DNA of 16,020 nucleotides from Planctomycetota bacterium (GTDB lineage Bacteria; Planctomycetota; MHYJ01; WSZJ01): contig JBBTCT010000017.1 in NCBI GenBank assembly GCA_038060895.1, forward strand, positions 71,841 through 87,860, given 5' to 3'. Under the pieces are notes generated by a model that did not search any database, was not told where the DNA came from, and saw nothing but the letters and a program-made list of their open reading frames with translations. The translations under genes and the position numbers were made by a program. The first letter of the stretch is position 1. Each line of letters begins with the position of its first letter. Shown here one piece after another: positions 14,639 through 16,020 of this stretch.

Positions 14639-15949
14639 ATGAGAACTCCTTCGACTCGTCTAGATCCTGAGCAAGCGACCGCAGGGAGCGCGCCGAAGGG
14701 CTTCGCTCGCTCAGGACAGAGCGGATTCTCGCGGCGGGACTTCCTGAAAGTCGGGGGGCTCGGGGCGGCGTCGTTGATGGTGCCGGGGTGGCTGACGCGC
14801 GCGCTGGCGGAGCCGGGGGGGAAGCTGCCGACGCGGTCGATGGTGCTGGTGATGCTGGGCGGCGGGAACGACGGACTCAACACGGTGGTGCCCGTGGGCG
14901 ATCCGCTGTACGCGAAGGCGCGGCCGACGCTGGGGATCGCGAAGGACCAGGTGCTGAAGCTCAGCGACGCGGTGGGGCTGCATCCGTCGATGAAGAAGCT
15001 GCGCGACCTGTTCGACGAAGGGAAGGTCGCGGTCGTGAACAACGTGGGGTACCCGAATCCCGACCGGTCGCATTTCCGGTCGATGGAGATCTGGCAGACG
15101 GCTCAGACGGCCGGCGTGGTGCGGGACGGGTGGCTCGGACGGTGCCTGTGTTCCACTGCTTCCGACGTGGAAGGCCCCGCGGACGACAACACGACGCCGC
15201 ACAGCGTTTCCTTCGGAAGCGAAACCCCGCTTGCGTTGTGGGCGGACGGCGGCGGCGTCCTGGCGATGGAGAACCCGGGCGGATTCGAGATCGGGACGGA
15301 CCAGCGTCATCCTGGCGATCGCACCCACATCCAGAAGGCGTTCCGCGACCTGTACGGAATCGCCCGCACGGGGTCTGCGGAATTTGTCCGCAAGCGCGGG
15401 CTCGAAGTCATGGCGCAGGCCGTACGCATCCGGACGATCGCGCAGAAGCCGAACCGCGACGTCGTTTATCCGAACTCCGGCCTCGGGCAGGGACTTCGCT
15501 TCATCGCCAACGCCCTCGAGGACAATTTCGGCGCGCGCGTCTACATGATCGGCCTGGGCGGCTTCGACACGCACGCGAACCAGCGGCAGGCGCATGCGAA
15601 TCTGCTGCTGACGCTGTCGGACGCGGTGACGGCTTTCCAGAAGGACCTCGACGCCCGCGAAATCTCGGACCGCGTCGTGACGGCGACGTTCAGCGAGTTC
15701 GGACGGCGCGTCGCGGAAAACGCTTCGCAGGGGACGGACCATGGCGCCGCGGGGCCGATGTTCGTGATCGGGAAGAACGTGAAGGGCGGAATCTACGGCG
15801 GCGCGCCAAACCTCGAGAAGCTGGATGCGGGAGACCTGGCGATGAGCATTGATTTCAGGTCGGTTTACGCCTCTCTCCTCGCGAAGGGATTGGGTTTGGA
15901 TGCGGAACGGGCCCTTGGAGGAGAGTTCAGTCCGCTACAGATCTTCTAG
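14639..15949 (+). CDS. DUF1501 family protein, Tat-exported
   Basis: Tat motif SRRDFLK with h-region and ALA cleavage site; GGNDGLNT, GLHP, RSHFRS, GGFDTH, FSEFGRR, GTDHG, DFRSVY. AAGGTG Shine-Dalgarno before the ATG at 14639; GTG 14630 is an alternative start. Confidence 0.95.
   Translation: MRTPSTRLDPEQATAGSAPKGFARSGQSGFSRRDFLKVGGLGAASLMVPGWLTRALAEPGGKLPTRSMVLVMLGGGNDGLNTVVPVGDPLYAKARPTLGIAKDQVLKLSDAVGLHPSMKKLRDLFDEGKVAVVNNVGYPNPDRSHFRSMEIWQTAQTAGVVRDGWLGRCLCSTASDVEGPADDNTTPHSVSFGSETPLALWADGGGVLAMENPGGFEIGTDQRHPGDRTHIQKAFRDLYGIARTGSAEFVRKRGLEVMAQAVRIRTIAQKPNRDVVYPNSGLGQGLRFIANALEDNFGARVYMIGLGGFDTHANQRQAHANLLLTLSDAVTAFQKDLDAREISDRVVTATFSEFGRRVAENASQGTDHGAAGPMFVIGKNVKGGIYGGAPNLEKLDAGDLAMSIDFRSVYASLLAKGLGLDAERALGGEFSPLQIF
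14648..14716. repeat. Nested REP-like palindromic element inside the DUF1501 5' coding region
   Basis: Interleaved inverted repeats: CCTTCGACTCG (14648-58) pairs with CGCGCCGAAGG (14689-99) at 9/11, and TCCTGAGCAAGCGA (14665-78) pairs with TCGCTCGCTCAGGA (14703-16) at 13/14. Confidence 0.75.
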
Positions 15950-15962
15950 GCCATCGCCCGGA

Positions 15963-15980
15963 AACTTCAACTTCAACTTC
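15963..15980 (+). repeat. Tandem hexamer (AACTTC)x3
   Basis: Three exact copies just downstream of the DUF1501 stop codon. Confidence 0.6.
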
Positions 15981-16020
15981 CATGAGAAGGCCCTCCCGAT
16001 CAAGGGCGAATTAGAGAGTG

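Noticed and set aside
13267-15042. 591-aa antisense ORF and similar shadow ORFs (3537-4856, 14711-15742, 12248-13270)
   Set aside because: They overlap well-supported genes, have skewed composition and show no domain signatures.

Overview
High-GC bacterial chromosomal window; gene content suggests Planctomycetota/PVC (inference). It holds 12 supportable CDSs: a membrane-anchored double-LysM protein, a membrane-anchored Cys-rich TPR protein, a secreted beta-rich hypothetical protein, an RND efflux adaptor/permease pair with no outer-membrane factor, an S41 C-terminal processing protease, two tandem paralogous secreted NTF2/DUF4878-like proteins, a CCA-adding enzyme, an MFS transporter, and a DUF1800/DUF1501 pair. 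I found no tRNA, rRNA, CRISPR array, integrase or transposase. The most notable observations are: (i) a nested REP-like palindromic element inserted in-frame (69 nt) into the Tat signal n-region of the DUF1501 gene; (ii) an ~90-aa insert in the MFS transporter that looks like a circularly permuted fibronectin type III domain; (iii) a perfect-consensus sigma70 promoter overlaid by a 23-bp AT-rich palindrome in front of the LysM gene; and (iv) phased TTCAG repeats plus a terminator directly in front of the paralog pair.
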